From contig CAVSDR010000004.1 of the NCBI GenBank assembly GCA_963726745.1, positions 256,001 to 320,000 on the forward strand: DNA of 64,000 nt, given 5' to 3'. Made by a program: the position numbers and the translations under genes. Of the stretch, positions 20,931 to 31,785 are shown piece after piece (the first letter of the stretch is position 1; each line of letters opens with the position of its first letter). Source of the DNA: an uncultured Verrucomicrobiae bacterium. Its GTDB lineage: Bacteria; Verrucomicrobiota; Verrucomicrobiia; Chthoniobacterales; UBA10450. The notes under the pieces are model-generated. The model saw only the letters and a program-made list of their open reading frames with translations. It was not told the origin of the DNA and made no database searches.

Positions 20931-21737
20931 ATGCAGACTCAAACCACGCTTGGTTTCATCGGCGCGGGCAAGCTCGCCGGCTCCGTCATTCGCGGCTTAC
21001 TCCGCGCGCAGTTTTGCGCGGCTAACGAGATCATCGCCGCGGAGCCTTCGCCGGAGTTGCGCGAGAAATTGCGCGCCGAGACCGGCGTGCGCGTGACCGC
21101 AGAGAACGCCGAGGTCGCGGAGAAGTCGTCGTTTATTTTCCTGGGGGTAAAGCCGGGTGTGGTCCTGCCGGTGCTGCGGGAATTAGGCAGCAAGCTGGAG
21201 GGCAAGGTGGTCGTCTCGCTCGCGGCGGGAATTCGGGTCGCCAGCATGGAGGAAACGGCTGGCGCGCGGTTTCTCCGCGCGATGACGAACACGCCTTCGG
21301 CAATTTGTGCGGCCGCGACCGCGGTCGCGCGCGGCGCCCGCGCGACGGACGATGACCTCGCGAAGTTGCTGGCTATTTTCCGCGCCGTCGGCGTGGCCGT
21401 GGAAGTGGAGGAAGGCCAAATCGACGCCGTGACCGCGCTTTCCGGTAGCGGCCCGGCTTTCGTTTACAGCGTCATCGAAGCGCTCGCCGATGGCGGGAAA
21501 GCCACCGGCTTGCCCGCCGAGGTCGCGCTCGCCCTGGCCACGCAAACGGTCCTTGGTGCCGCGCAACTCGCGACGGAAACCCAGCTACCGCCTGAGGAAT
21601 TGCGCCGCATGGTGATCACGCCGGGCGGCACCACCGCCGCCGGCCTGGCGAAGATGGAAGAGCACGGAACTGCCGCCGGCCTCATCGCCGCCGTCGAAGC
21701 CGCCGCCAGGCGCGGGCAGGAATTGGCGAGCAGCTAA
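20931..21737 (+). CDS. proC: Pyrroline-5-carboxylate reductase
   Basis: 'GFIGAG', 'SLAAG', 'TALSGSGPAF', 'ITPGGTT'. Confidence 0.93.
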   Translation: MQTQTTLGFIGAGKLAGSVIRGLLRAQFCAANEIIAAEPSPELREKLRAETGVRVTAENAEVAEKSSFIFLGVKPGVVLPVLRELGSKLEGKVVVSLAAGIRVASMEETAGARFLRAMTNTPSAICAAATAVARGARATDDDLAKLLAIFRAVGVAVEVEEGQIDAVTALSGSGPAFVYSVIEALADGGKATGLPAEVALALATQTVLGAAQLATETQLPPEELRRMVITPGGTTAAGLAKMEEHGTAAGLIAAVEAAARRGQELASS

Positions 21738-22633
21738 AGCGCGAGCGCGGCGCGCATCGCGGCGAGCGGCGCTTCGCGGTCGAACCAATGTTCGAAGGAA
21801 AGCGCGCCCTGGTGCAGCAGCATCGAGAGCCCGCCGGCGACGCGCGCGCCGGCTTCCTCGGCTGCGACCACGAAGGGCGTGCGACCGTCGCGATAGACCG
21901 TGTCGTAAACCAGCAGGTGCGGCGCAAGCCAGGAGGCGGGTATCGGCGAGGCCTCACCACGATGCAGGCCGAGCGGAGTGGCATTGATCACGAGGTCGGA
22001 GTTCGCGATTTGAAAGCGCAGCGCCGCCTCGCTCCACGCCACGGCCTCGAGCCGGGCGACCGGCCCAAGCACGCGCGCCTCGCGAAAGAACGCCGCCAAT
22101 TCGTCGGCTAATTTCTGCGCCTTCGCGAGGTCGCGATTGGCCAGCACCAGGCGTTCGCAGCCTTCGCTTGCGCATTGCTGCGCGATCGCGCGCGCGGCCC
22201 CGCCGGCGCCTAACAAGAGCACGCGCAAATCGCGCAGGTCGACCGAAAACTCCGCGCGGATCGCGCGCGAGAAGCCGGGCCCGTCGGTATTGGAGCCGAT
22301 CATTTCCCCGGCCGCAAAACGCACGCAATTCACCGCACCGCAGCGCTGGGCGAAATCGTCGACCTGCGTCATCAAGGGCAAGGCCGCGGCCTTGTGCGGA
22401 ATGGTCAGGTTCACCCCGACGAAGTCGTTCTCCGCCATTAATCGCAACGCTTTCACCAGCTCGTCCGGCGCGATCTGGAAACGCGCGTATTCCATCTCCA
22501 AGCCGCAGGCTTGCAGCGCGGCCTGCATCATCTGCGGCGAACGCGAGTGCGCCACCGGATCGCCGAGCACGCCGAGACGGATGGCGGGCTCGATTCCCTG
22601 CTCCAGGTCCGCCAGCGAGTAGACTTCCTTCAC
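21734..22633 (-). CDS. aroE: Shikimate dehydrogenase
   Basis: GTG start overlapping the upstream TGA; 'PVAHSRSP', 'NLTIPHK', 'NTDGPG', 'GAGGAARA', 'MLLHQG'. Confidence 0.92.
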   Translation of the reverse strand: MKEVYSLADLEQGIEPAIRLGVLGDPVAHSRSPQMMQAALQACGLEMEYARFQIAPDELVKALRLMAENDFVGVNLTIPHKAAALPLMTQVDDFAQRCGAVNCVRFAAGEMIGSNTDGPGFSRAIRAEFSVDLRDLRVLLLGAGGAARAIAQQCASEGCERLVLANRDLAKAQKLADELAAFFREARVLGPVARLEAVAWSEAALRFQIANSDLVINATPLGLHRGEASPIPASWLAPHLLVYDTVYRDGRTPFVVAAEEAGARVAGGLSMLLHQGALSFEHWFDREAPLAAMRAALAL

Positions 22634-23581
22634 TTCGTTTGCGTGGAGAGGAACCAGTCGACAAACTTCGGCAAGCCCACGGCGAGCGGGGTGGTCGGGT
22701 GGTAGCCGAGAAGCTTCTTCGCCTTGGAGATATCCGCGCAGGTTAGCGGGACGTCGCCGGGTTGCTCGGGCAAGTTGCTCGATCCGGGCTTTTTTGCCTA
22801 ACGAGTGCTCGATCCCGGCGATCAGTTCCCGCAGCTCGACGGTTTGGCTTTCGCCAAGGTTAAAGACGTCGAAGCGCGGGCCCTGATAATCGAAAGCGGC
22901 CATGACTCCCTGGATGATGTCGTCGATGTAGGTGTAATCGCGCCGGGTCGAGCCGTCGCCGAATTGCTGGATCGCCTGGCCCGCGTGGATCCGCCGGGTG
23001 AACTGGTGGATCGCCAGATCGGGCCGTTGGCGCGCGCCGTAGACGGTGAAAAAGCGGAGCGCGACGACGCGCAAATCGTAGAGATGCGAGTAAGTCGAGC
23101 AGAGGAACTCGCCGGCTATTTTGCTCGCGGCATACGGGCTGATCGTCTGCGTGAGATGCTCGCTTTCGGAGAACGGGACGGTCTTGCAGATGCCGTAGAC
23201 CGAGGAGCTGGAGGCGAAGATGAAGCGCTCGATTCCGGTGGCGCGCGCGGCTTCCAGGAGGTGGAGCGTGCCGTCGACGTTGGTGTCGAAATAAAGCTGC
23301 GGCTGCGCGATCGACGGCCGCACTCCGGCGCGCGCCGCGAGATGCGCGATGGCGTCGAATTTCTCCCGGTGAAAAAGCGCGCGCACCCCGGCGCTGTCGC
23401 GCAAGTCGAGCCGATGGAGCTGCACCTGGCCGGCGACAGCCGCGAGGTTGGCCTGTTTGATCGCCGGATCGTAAAAGTCGTTGAAGTCGTCGAGAATTGA
23501 GACTTCGTGACCGGCAGCGAGCAACTTCTCCACGAGGTGCGAACCGATAAAGCCCGCGCCGCCGGTGACCAGTGTTCGCAT
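22630..23581 (-). CDS. NAD-dependent nucleotide-sugar epimerase/dehydratase (UDP-glucuronate 4-epimerase-like); frameshift at ~22770
   Basis: 'TGGAGFIGS', 'AARAGVRPS', 'YAASK', 'FFTVYG'; the C-terminus '[15 protein letters not shown]...FVDWF' lies in a shifted frame ending at TGA 22630. Confidence 0.88.
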
Positions 23582-23597
23582 CGCGGCGACCGTAAAG

Positions 23598-24242
23598 ATG
23601 AAGCCCCAGACGAGCAAGGCCCGAACCGTGATCGCCTTCCTGGCGGTCTTCCTCCTGGCCATGTCGCTGGCTATTTTCCTGCGCGCGCCCTGGCGGGAAT
23701 GGCCGCGCGTCCCGGGCTTGCAGCTTCCGTCGGCCTTGGAGTTGGCGGCGCTGCCGACCGCGACGGGTTTCGATTACCCGTTAGGGAACCGCGACGGCGC
23801 GCTGGCTTACAACGCGCAGCCGTTCACCGAAAACCGGCATTTAGGCGACGACTTGAATGGCATCGGCGGCGAGAACAGCGACCTGGGCGATCCGGTCTAC
23901 GCGATCGCCGACGGCCGGGTGTTGCTCGCGACCGAAGGCGGGCCCGGCTGGGGCAATGTCCTCATCCTCCTGCATGCTTACGACGAGGGCGGGACGCGGC
24001 GTTACCTGCAATCGTTCTACGCACATCTCGATGCTTTCAAGGTCGCGCCCGGCGCGGTCGTCCGGCGCGGCCAGGAGATCGCCACAGTCGGGAATGCGCA
24101 CGGGAAATACCTGGCGCATCTCCATCTCGAGCTGCGCGAATTTCTCACGCCCTACATCGGGCCGGGCTATCGGGCGGAGACAAGCGGCTGGCTAAATCCG
24201 AGCGGCTTTATCGCCGGGCATCGGCCGGCTAACCGCGATTAG
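23598..24242 (+). CDS. M23 family metallopeptidase
   Basis: 'HLGDD', 'YAHL', 'HLHLE'; N-terminal TM segment. Confidence 0.85.
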   Translation: MKPQTSKARTVIAFLAVFLLAMSLAIFLRAPWREWPRVPGLQLPSALELAALPTATGFDYPLGNRDGALAYNAQPFTENRHLGDDLNGIGGENSDLGDPVYAIADGRVLLATEGGPGWGNVLILLHAYDEGGTRRYLQSFYAHLDAFKVAPGAVVRRGQEIATVGNAHGKYLAHLHLELREFLTPYIGPGYRAETSGWLNPSGFIAGHRPANRD

Positions 24243-24876
24243 CGCCGGGCGTGGGGGCATCGAGCGCGCGCCAGAAATACCACGCGGCCACGGAACGATA
24301 GGGCCGCCATTTTTCGCCGATGGCCTCGAGCTTTTTCGGCGGCGGGAGCTCGCGCTTCCCGAAAGTTTTGGCGTAGCCTTTGCGCACCCCGAGATCGTGC
24401 ACCGGCCAGACATCCAGCCGCCCGAGCTCGAAAAGCAGGAGCATTTCCACCGTCCAGCGGCCGATGCCGCGCACCGCGGTCAGCCGCTCGATGATCTCCT
24501 CCTCGCTCAGGCCCGCGAGGGCCTTTGCCGGCGGAACGGTGCCATCGAGAGTTTTGGCAGCGAGATCACGCAGCGCGACGGTCTTCGCCCCGGAGAGTCC
24601 GCAGGCGCGCAAGGTCTCGATCGGCGTGGCCAGGACCTGCGCCGGGTCGAGCCATTTCCGTTTCGGATAAAGCGCGCGCACCCGGCCCCAGATGGTGGCC
24701 GCGGCTTTGCCGCTGAGTTGCTGGTAAGCGATCGACTCCGCGAGCGCATCGAACGGCCGCACGAAGACGGCAGCCCGCGGGACGAAGCGCGGGGCCCGCG
24801 CGATCAGCGCCGCGAAACGCGGGTCGCTCGCGGACAAATGCGCCAGGGCGTCGGCAATCGGATCGTCGGCGCTCAT
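24229..24876 (-). CDS. alkA: DNA-3-methyladenine glycosylase II (AlkA-like, HhH-GPD)
   Basis: 'IAYQQLS', 'VRGIGRWT', 'WRPYRS'. Confidence 0.85.
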   Translation of the reverse strand: MSADDPIADALAHLSASDPRFAALIARAPRFVPRAAVFVRPFDALAESIAYQQLSGKAAATIWGRVRALYPKRKWLDPAQVLATPIETLRACGLSGAKTVALRDLAAKTLDGTVPPAKALAGLSEEEIIERLTAVRGIGRWTVEMLLLFELGRLDVWPVHDLGVRKGYAKTFGKRELPPPKKLEAIGEKWRPYRSVAAWYFWRALDAPTPGANRG

Positions 24877-24987
24877 CCCAGTGAAAAAAAGTTTCGCAGC
24901 ATAGAGCTAAAAGCGGGGCAGCCTCCGAATCTCCATCGACGTATCTGCTTCCGCAAAACCGAACGCTCGCTACACTCGCACCTATCC

Positions 24988-25911
24988 ATGAAGACCACCT
25001 TCGCCCTTCTCTCGGCCGCCCTGGTCGCCGGCGCCACGGCTTTCGCCCAGGACGCTTCCGATAAACAGCTCACGAGCACACGTTATCGTGAAGTGGCCAC
25101 CACGGAGGAGCGGACCGCACTCGACCTTTTCCAGGTCGACGGCTCCTACGTCTTCGGGAGTGACGTGAAGCGCGACGGGATCAACTATGGCGAGCAGGAA
25201 GCGGTCGACAGTTCGATCGATTACTCCCATCGCTTCTTTCTCGCGGGGAAAATTTACCTGCGTCTCGGCGGCGCTTACGGACGCTTCGATTTCGGCGAGA
25301 CCGCCGCACCCATCCCGGATTCGCTGCAATACGTGAACGCCCGGGTCGCCCTGGAATACATGGTCGGGAACGACATTGGCGCTTTCCTCCAATTCAACCC
25401 CGGCTTCTACACCGAGCGCGCCTTCAATATTTCTTCCTTCGACATCCCGATCACCGCCGGGCGCGTTTTCGTCCTCCAGCCGCGAAAGCTCTTCCTCTTC
25501 GTAGGCGTGAATACGGCCTTCCTCCGCGGCGAGTATCCGGTGCTTCCGCTCGTTGGGCTTGTCTGGCGGCCGAATCCGCAGTGGACCCTGAACCTGCTCC
25601 CGCCCGATCCGCGGGTCATCTATTCGCCAAATAAGAACCTCGATTTCTGGGTTGGCGGCCAACTCGTCGGCTGGTCTTTCCGCACCGATCGCGAGAACGC
25701 AATCGTCCCGCAGCGCCTGAACGGAGCGCAGATTGATTATTCGGAATATCGCGGGGCGCTCGGCATCACTTTCCACCCGTCGGAGCACGTCGCGGTGGAT
25801 CTCGGCGGCGGTTACGTTTTCCAGCGTCGCTTCAATTTCGAGCGTGCGGGGGTGGAGTATAAGGCCGACGGCGCCCCGTTTGTGCGGGCTTCGCTCAAGG
25901 CGGAGTTTTAG
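24988..25911 (+). CDS. Outer-membrane beta-barrel protein (DUF6268-like)
   Basis: Signal peptide, amphipathic strands, 'PLVGLVWRPNPQWTL', C-terminal Phe. Confidence 0.7.
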   Translation: MKTTFALLSAALVAGATAFAQDASDKQLTSTRYREVATTEERTALDLFQVDGSYVFGSDVKRDGINYGEQEAVDSSIDYSHRFFLAGKIYLRLGGAYGRFDFGETAAPIPDSLQYVNARVALEYMVGNDIGAFLQFNPGFYTERAFNISSFDIPITAGRVFVLQPRKLFLFVGVNTAFLRGEYPVLPLVGLVWRPNPQWTLNLLPPDPRVIYSPNKNLDFWVGGQLVGWSFRTDRENAIVPQRLNGAQIDYSEYRGALGITFHPSEHVAVDLGGGYVFQRRFNFERAGVEYKADGAPFVRASLKAEF

Positions 25912-25920
25912 CCAGCGCTT

Positions 25921-27114
25921 TCACTGCTCGATGCGGCGCAAGAGAAAGGCCGCGCCGACGAACGTAACCACCGTTCCAGCGCACAACGCGAGCAGACTTG
26001 GCCCGTAGTAAGCGAAGCCGGCATCGTAGAGATTCACCAGGCGAAACGCCCGGCAAAAATAGGTCAGCGGGAAGAACTCCGAGATCCAGCGGATGCCGGC
26101 CGGTAATTGCTCCAGCGGCGCAAACGCGCCCGACAAAACAAAGACCGGCAGCAAAAAGAAAACCGAGAACTGGATCGCCTGCGTCTGGCTGCGCGAGATC
26201 GCGGAGATGATCAATCCCAGGCCTAACGAGCAAAGAAGGAAGACCAGGCAGATGACCGCGAGCACGAAGGGGTGCCGGAAGGTGACGCCAAAATGCCAGC
26301 CCGCCAGGGCGACGATCATCGCGATCAACCCAAGCGAAATCGCCAGATACGGAATCACTTTGCCGATCACGATCTCGCTGCGGCGGAGCGACGTGACCAT
26401 CAGTTGAAAAAGCGTCCCGGACTCGCGCTCGCGCGCAATCGTGCAAGCCATGAGCGTGACCGTGATCAACTGCAGGATCAGTCCGATGACGCCGGGGATG
26501 ACGTAATCGATGAAGCGCTCCTTCGGGTTATAGAGCAGCGTTTGCCGGATCGTCCACGGCTCCATCGCGGAGACAAATTGCTTCCGCACTTCCACCGGAA
26601 TCTTCTCCGCGAGGTCGAAAACCTCCTGCGGCAGGGCGTCGATCATCTCCTGCCGTTCGCCCAGCTGAAATTCGCCTAACGACTCCTGCACGCTCCCGAA
26701 AAGTTGCGGCGCGATATTGGTGTCGCTGGCGTCGAGGTAGAGCCGCAGCGGGACCGGTTTGCCATCGGCCAGTCCCGCGCTCCAGCCGGCCGGAATCACC
26801 AGCGCGGCCTGCACGCCCTGGTGGAGCAGGTCAATCTGCGCCTCGGTGCCGCTGGCTTCGCGCGTGCGCCAGCGGAAGGTCTTGTTGGTGGAAATTTTGT
26901 CGACGAAACGCTGCGTCTGCGGTGTGGCATCGGCGTTGATCAGGAGCGCGGGCACATCGGTCATTTCCCCGGCCTCGAAAGCGTGTCCGAAGACGAGCGT
27001 GAAAATAGGCGGCAGGATGACCAGGAGCAGGAGGACCCGGCGATCGCGCCAGATGTGGAGAAATTCCTTCCGCGCCACGCTGGCGACTGCTGCGACAAAA
27101 CCGGAACGCATCAT
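25921..27114 (-). CDS. ABC-2 type transporter permease (YbhR/YbhS-like)
   Basis: 'KEFLHIWRDRR', 'YNP', 'IARERESGT', 'LSGAFAP'. Confidence 0.9.
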   Translation of the reverse strand: MMRSGFVAAVASVARKEFLHIWRDRRVLLLLVILPPIFTLVFGHAFEAGEMTDVPALLINADATPQTQRFVDKISTNKTFRWRTREASGTEAQIDLLHQGVQAALVIPAGWSAGLADGKPVPLRLYLDASDTNIAPQLFGSVQESLGEFQLGERQEMIDALPQEVFDLAEKIPVEVRKQFVSAMEPWTIRQTLLYNPKERFIDYVIPGVIGLILQLITVTLMACTIARERESGTLFQLMVTSLRRSEIVIGKVIPYLAISLGLIAMIVALAGWHFGVTFRHPFVLAVICLVFLLCSLGLGLIISAISRSQTQAIQFSVFFLLPVFVLSGAFAPLEQLPAGIRWISEFFPLTYFCRAFRLVNLYDAGFAYYGPSLLALCAGTVVTFVGAAFLLRRIEQ

Positions 27115-28058
27115 GGCAAAGGTGCGAGCAGCGCGGTGTAGCCCTGCGAGTAGGCGGTGAAAACGTCCTCCATATCCGGCTCGACCCAACGCTCCCCGCG
27201 CCAGCGCAGTTCCGGGAAAGGCCAGGCCGCGCGCCAGCGCTCCAGCAAGTTCTCCGGCTCGGCCGCGTAGAGCCGGAGTGCGCCGCTGCGCAGCGAAACT
27301 CCGAGGACGCCCGGCTCTTCCCGCAGCCGCACGAGTGCCGGCATTACCGGGTCCACGTCCAGCTCGAGCAGGCGGGTCTTGAAGCTCGACTTGAAAGCCC
27401 GCGGCGCAGCCCGCGCGAGCAGCCGTCCCTGGTCGATGAAGCCCACATCGGTGCAGCGCTCGGCTTCGTCCATGTAATGCGTGGTGATGAAAATCGTGAT
27501 CCCGCCATGGCTCAGATCGTAGAGTAAATTCCACATCTGCTGCCGGTGCACCGGGTCGAGGCCGGAAGTCGGTTCATCGAGAAAAAGCAGCGGCGGCTCA
27601 TGGATGAGCGCGCAGGCAATCGCGAGCAACTGCCGCACGCCACCCGAGAGACTGCCGGCCGGCGCATGGCGCTTCCGCTCGAGATCGGTCAACGCCAGCA
27701 GCCGGGTGATCCGGCTGTCTAATTCCCGCCCGGGCACGCGCGAGGCGCCGCCAAAGAAGCGCATGTTCTCATCCACCGTGAGGTCGCGGTAGAGGCTGAA
27801 ACGCTGGGCGACGTAGCCGAATTTCGTCCGCGCCAGGTGCCGCTCCCGCCAGACATCGGACCCGGCGATGGTCGCGCGACCACTGGTCGGCCGGACCAAA
27901 CCACAGAGCATGCGCATGGTGGTGGTCTTGCCGGCGCCATTCGCGCCCAGAAAACCGAAGATCGCGCCGCGCTCCACGGTCAACGAGAGCTCACGCACGG
28001 CCTGCGTCTCGCCGTAGTGCTTGCTCAATTTCTCCAGGAGGATGACCGGTTCCTTCAT
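27111..28058 (-). CDS. ABC transporter ATP-binding protein
   Basis: Walker A 'GANGAGKTT', signature 'LSGG', 'LDEPTSGLDP', 'THYMDEAE'. Confidence 0.93.
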   Translation of the reverse strand: MKEPVILLEKLSKHYGETQAVRELSLTVERGAIFGFLGANGAGKTTTMRMLCGLVRPTSGRATIAGSDVWRERHLARTKFGYVAQRFSLYRDLTVDENMRFFGGASRVPGRELDSRITRLLALTDLERKRHAPAGSLSGGVRQLLAIACALIHEPPLLFLDEPTSGLDPVHRQQMWNLLYDLSHGGITIFITTHYMDEAERCTDVGFIDQGRLLARAAPRAFKSSFKTRLLELDVDPVMPALVRLREEPGVLGVSLRSGALRLYAAEPENLLERWRAAWPFPELRWRGERWVEPDMEDVFTAYSQGYTALLAPLP

Positions 28059-28144
28059 CAGCAGAGCGTCACTATGGCCAGCTTTGCGCGGAGCGAAACC
28101 CGGGAGCCCGTTTGCAAAGCCTCGAGCGGACGCAAAATTACCGC

Positions 28145-29074
28145 ATGCGCATCTCCTCTTCGCCGGCCCGAATTTTAGCCGGCGTTATCGTGCTCGCGGG
28201 AGCCGCAACGCTCCGCGCGGATCCCGTCGCCGAGCTGGCGAGCTTCTCGGTTTTCAACGCGGTCGACCTCGCGCAGCTCAAAGGCGAAGCAAAGACCCAG
28301 CGCGGCGAACGCATGAGCAACCCGCGTTTTCTTTCCGTGCAAAGTGTCTGGGTTTCGCCCGGCTCGCCGCAGGAGCTCGCAGCCGCGCTGCGTGGTTTCA
28401 ATCCCGCGCGCCATCCGGAAATGCACGTCCTGCTGCATCAAAACGGCAACAACTTCTCCTCGTTAGGCAAGCTGCCCGCGGGCGCGCCGGTTGATTGGCT
28501 CCGGCAGGCCACGGAGAGCCGCTCGAAGGAATTGCAGATCAGCCAGGAAGAAGCGGCGAAGAGCGGTGCGTTTGCTGATTTTTGGAGCGCAATCCTGAGC
28601 GCCCGCGCCGCCACGGGAGTCTTCGGCCAGCCGTCTTACAGCCACACGGGGAGCAACCTCAAACCGAGCGAACAGATCAACGCGCTCCTCGCGCAGCAGC
28701 CGAAACTTCGGAAGCAATTCGACGGCCTCATCGGCGACAAGGGCGAGACTTACTGGGAGCTGCTGGAGGTGGAACGGAAGGGCGTGCTCACGCTCGGCGC
28801 CTCTTTCAATCGCACCGCCAGCGGTGGCGCCGCGCTTCAGGCCGCCGACGTCTTGTATTACGCCAGCGGCGGCTACGATGCCGCGATCACGCTCTATCAA
28901 ATGTGGCCGGTGACGGTGGACGGAAAGCCAGCGACGCTCGTCTGGCGCGGCGATCTCATCTCGTCTTCCGAGCTCGCCGGGCTCGCCGGGGTGGAGCGGC
29001 TCGGGTCGGAGTCGGCGATGATGAAAGATGTCGGCCGCTCGATCCGCTTTTTCCGTGGCGACACGGGTCGTTAG
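28145..29074 (+). CDS. Secreted hypothetical protein
   Basis: Signal peptide ending 'TLRA-D'; codon-typical ORF upstream of the second barrel gene. Confidence 0.7.
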   Translation: MRISSSPARILAGVIVLAGAATLRADPVAELASFSVFNAVDLAQLKGEAKTQRGERMSNPRFLSVQSVWVSPGSPQELAAALRGFNPARHPEMHVLLHQNGNNFSSLGKLPAGAPVDWLRQATESRSKELQISQEEAAKSGAFADFWSAILSARAATGVFGQPSYSHTGSNLKPSEQINALLAQQPKLRKQFDGLIGDKGETYWELLEVERKGVLTLGASFNRTASGGAALQAADVLYYASGGYDAAITLYQMWPVTVDGKPATLVWRGDLISSSELAGLAGVERLGSESAMMKDVGRSIRFFRGDTGR

Positions 29075-29097
29075 GCGCTAACCTCCGCCGCTCGTCC

Positions 29098-29961
29098 ATG
29101 AAAAAACGTCTCCTGCTCGCCCTTGCCATCTCGCTGTCTGCCGGCTCGCTCCGCGCCGGACCAATCCCGTTCGAAGTCGATGTGCAGACTTCGCTCTCGA
29201 GCGATTCCGAGCTTGCCCGTGGCGGCCGGAAGGTCAGCGGCCTCGACGAAGATTACCTGGCCGCGCGCTTCATTTACACGCCGCGGGTTAGCTTTGGCAT
29301 TCTGCGCTTGGGCGCGGCCTATGAGCGCTTTGGGTTCCGCGCGCCGGCCATGTTCGAGGTCCCGCGCGGCCTGCAATCCCTGACTGCGGTGGTGGGGCTG
29401 GACACGCAGTTTTCCGATTCCATCCTGGTGCGCTTCGAGGCGCAGCCTGGTCTCTACAGCGGCACGCGACTAAGCGGGGGCGACTTCCATGCGCCTTTCA
29501 TCCTCGGCGGCACCTACATCTACAGCCCGGATCTCCAGTTCATCTTCGGCGTGAGCGTCGATTACGAACGCAGCTATCCGGTCTTCCCGGGGCTCGGGGT
29601 GCGTTGGCGGCTCGGGCGGCAGTGGGTCCTCAACGCGGTCCTTCCCACTCCGCGGCTCGAATACGAAATTGCCGACGGCTTCACCCTCTACGCCGGGGCC
29701 GAACTCAAAGGCTCGACCTTCCGGGTAGACGACAACTTCGGAAACGCGCGCGGGAATCGCCGCCTGAACGACGCCGTCATCACCTATAGCGAGGTGCGCA
29801 CCGGCGCCGGCTTCGAGTGGAAGCTCGCCCCGCAGGTGAAGTTCGCGCTCGAGGGCGGTTTCGTGCCGTATCGCAATTTCGATTTCCACCGCACCGACGT
29901 GCGCTACCACCAGGAAAGCGGCGGCGCTTACTTCTCGGCCTCGATCGGCGCGGCTTTCTAG
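29098..29961 (+). CDS. Outer-membrane beta-barrel protein (DUF6268-like), paralogue of 24988-25911
   Basis: Signal peptide, 'PVFPGLGVRWR...WVLNAVLPTPRL', 'YSEVRTG', C-terminal Phe. Confidence 0.72.
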   Translation: MKKRLLLALAISLSAGSLRAGPIPFEVDVQTSLSSDSELARGGRKVSGLDEDYLAARFIYTPRVSFGILRLGAAYERFGFRAPAMFEVPRGLQSLTAVVGLDTQFSDSILVRFEAQPGLYSGTRLSGGDFHAPFILGGTYIYSPDLQFIFGVSVDYERSYPVFPGLGVRWRLGRQWVLNAVLPTPRLEYEIADGFTLYAGAELKGSTFRVDDNFGNARGNRRLNDAVITYSEVRTGAGFEWKLAPQVKFALEGGFVPYRNFDFHRTDVRYHQESGGAYFSASIGAAF

Positions 29962-31373
29962 GCGAGGTGCCGATCGAGCGCGCCGATCTTGCGCGTTTCC
30001 GGCCAGCGCCAGGCCACTCCGAGCACGACCAGGATCGTGCCGATGCCGCCGCCGACCACGCTCACCACCGGGCCGAAAAAGGCCGCGGTCAATCCCGACT
30101 CGAGCGCGCCAAGTTCGTTCGAGGTGCCGATGAAAATGTTGTTTACCGCCGAGATGCGGCCGCGCATTTCATCCGGCGTGAGCAGTTGGATGATCGTATG
30201 CCGCACGACCACGCTCACGCTGTCGAAGACGCCGGTCATGAAGAGCATCGCCAGCGAAAGCCAGAGCGAGCGCGAAAGCCCAAAGAGAATCGTGGCCACG
30301 CCAAAGCCCGCGACGCACCAGAGCAGCGTCCGGCCCGCGCGCCGCATCGGCGGCAGGTAAGCGATCAGGATTGCCATGACCAATCCGCCCGCGCCCGGCG
30401 CCGCCCGCAGCCAGCCCAGACCAACTGGGCCCGCATGCAGGATCTTGTCGGCAAAAATCGGCAGCAACGCGGTCGCCCCACCGAGAAGCACGGCAAACAT
30501 ATCCAGCGTGATCGTGGCGAGGATGACCTTCTTGCTCAGGACAAAGCGCAGCCCGCTCGCGAGACTGCGCAGCGCGCCGCCTTCCACCCGTCCGCCCTGG
30601 TCGCCGCTCTGGATCGGGAGCACGAGCGCGAAAAACGTGAGCGCACAGACCGCATCGAGGAAGTAGAGGAAGTGAAAGCTGGTGCGCACGAGCAGCAAAC
30701 CGGCGAGCGCCGGCCCCGCGATCGAGCCGATCTGGAACATGCTCGAGTTCCACGTGACCGCGTTGGCAAATTGATCGCGCGGCACCAGCTTTGGAAAATA
30801 AGCCGAGCGCGCGGCCCAGCCGAACGTCCGGCCGCAAGCCGCGACGAAGAGAATCAGGTAAATCAGCGGCACCGAGAGATCGTCGAAATGATACGTCGCG
30901 TGGCGTTCAAAGACGGCGGCGACGGCCGAGAGCCCACGATTCCCCGCGGTGAGAAAACGCCATGCCGGCAGGGCGAGGTGTTGCCACGAGACCAGCATCA
31001 GGGCGAGCGAGCAAAGCGCACTCAGCGCCTGCGAGACCAGGATGATGTATTTGCGATTATAGCGGTCGGCGATGTGCCCGGCGGGCAGCGAGAGCACCAG
31101 CACCGGAAGCGCGATCGCCAGGCCCACCAGGCCAAGCGCGGTCGCGGAATGAGTGCGCTGGTAAATCTCCCACTCGACCGCAACCACCAGCATCTGCCGG
31201 CCGACCACGGAAACGAGATTGCCTAACGAGTAAAAGCTGAAGGCGCGGATGCGAAAAGCCGCATACGGATCGTGCCGCGCTTTCCCGTTTGTCGGCAGCG
31301 TGCCCTCGGCCGTGGCCGGACGGTTCACCACCGGGCGCTCATACGCCGGCTCGTCGCCTTTCCCCTCGGCCAT
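29958..31373 (-). CDS. MFS transporter (EntS/DUF894-like)
   Basis: 'GHIADRYNRK', multiple TM segments, 'TPDEMRGRI'. Confidence 0.88.
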   Translation of the reverse strand: MAEGKGDEPAYERPVVNRPATAEGTLPTNGKARHDPYAAFRIRAFSFYSLGNLVSVVGRQMLVVAVEWEIYQRTHSATALGLVGLAIALPVLVLSLPAGHIADRYNRKYIILVSQALSALCSLALMLVSWQHLALPAWRFLTAGNRGLSAVAAVFERHATYHFDDLSVPLIYLILFVAACGRTFGWAARSAYFPKLVPRDQFANAVTWNSSMFQIGSIAGPALAGLLLVRTSFHFLYFLDAVCALTFFALVLPIQSGDQGGRVEGGALRSLASGLRFVLSKKVILATITLDMFAVLLGGATALLPIFADKILHAGPVGLGWLRAAPGAGGLVMAILIAYLPPMRRAGRTLLWCVAGFGVATILFGLSRSLWLSLAMLFMTGVFDSVSVVVRHTIIQLLTPDEMRGRISAVNNIFIGTSNELGALESGLTAAFFGPVVSVVGGGIGTILVVLGVAWRWPETRKIGALDRHLA

Positions 31374-31382
31374 GACGCGCGG

Positions 31383-31785
31383 TTAGCGCACGTAGATCGC
31401 GCTGCCCTCGAGCACGCGGTTTTCCCCCAGCGGCGCAGCGTAGCCCACGCTGGTCCCGTAGCCGTAGGCGCTGTGCCGCCCGTATTCCACCTGCGAACTC
31501 CCAAGGCCGATGCCGATGGTCGCGGAAGGCCGCGTGGCGACCCGCTGGATGAGCACGCCGTTCGCGCCCACCCTCGCCGCCTGCTGGCGCAGATTCCTCC
31601 ACCGTCCGCCCGTCGATCAAGGCAATGCGTTCGAATTGCCGCGGCGGTTGTTCGTAGACCCGCACCGCCGCGGGGCTAATCGCGCGGCGCGGCGTGCCGA
31701 TGACCGTGCGTCCGCCGCCCGCGCCGGTGATGCAGCCGGAAAGGAGCGAAGCGCAGAGCAGCGAGAGCAAAAACGAGCGAATCAT
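31383..31785 (-). CDS. Small lipoprotein; frameshift at ~31590
   Basis: Lipobox 'LLSGC'; 'VRVYEQPP' then '(V)GANGVLI' in the second frame. Confidence 0.65.

Noticed and set aside
21734..23662. Apparent epimerase-shikimate dehydrogenase fusion (642-aa ORF)
   Set aside because: The epimerase's normal C-terminus is present in another frame and ends at TGA 22630, overlapping the aroE GTG. The fusion arises from an indel at ~22770.
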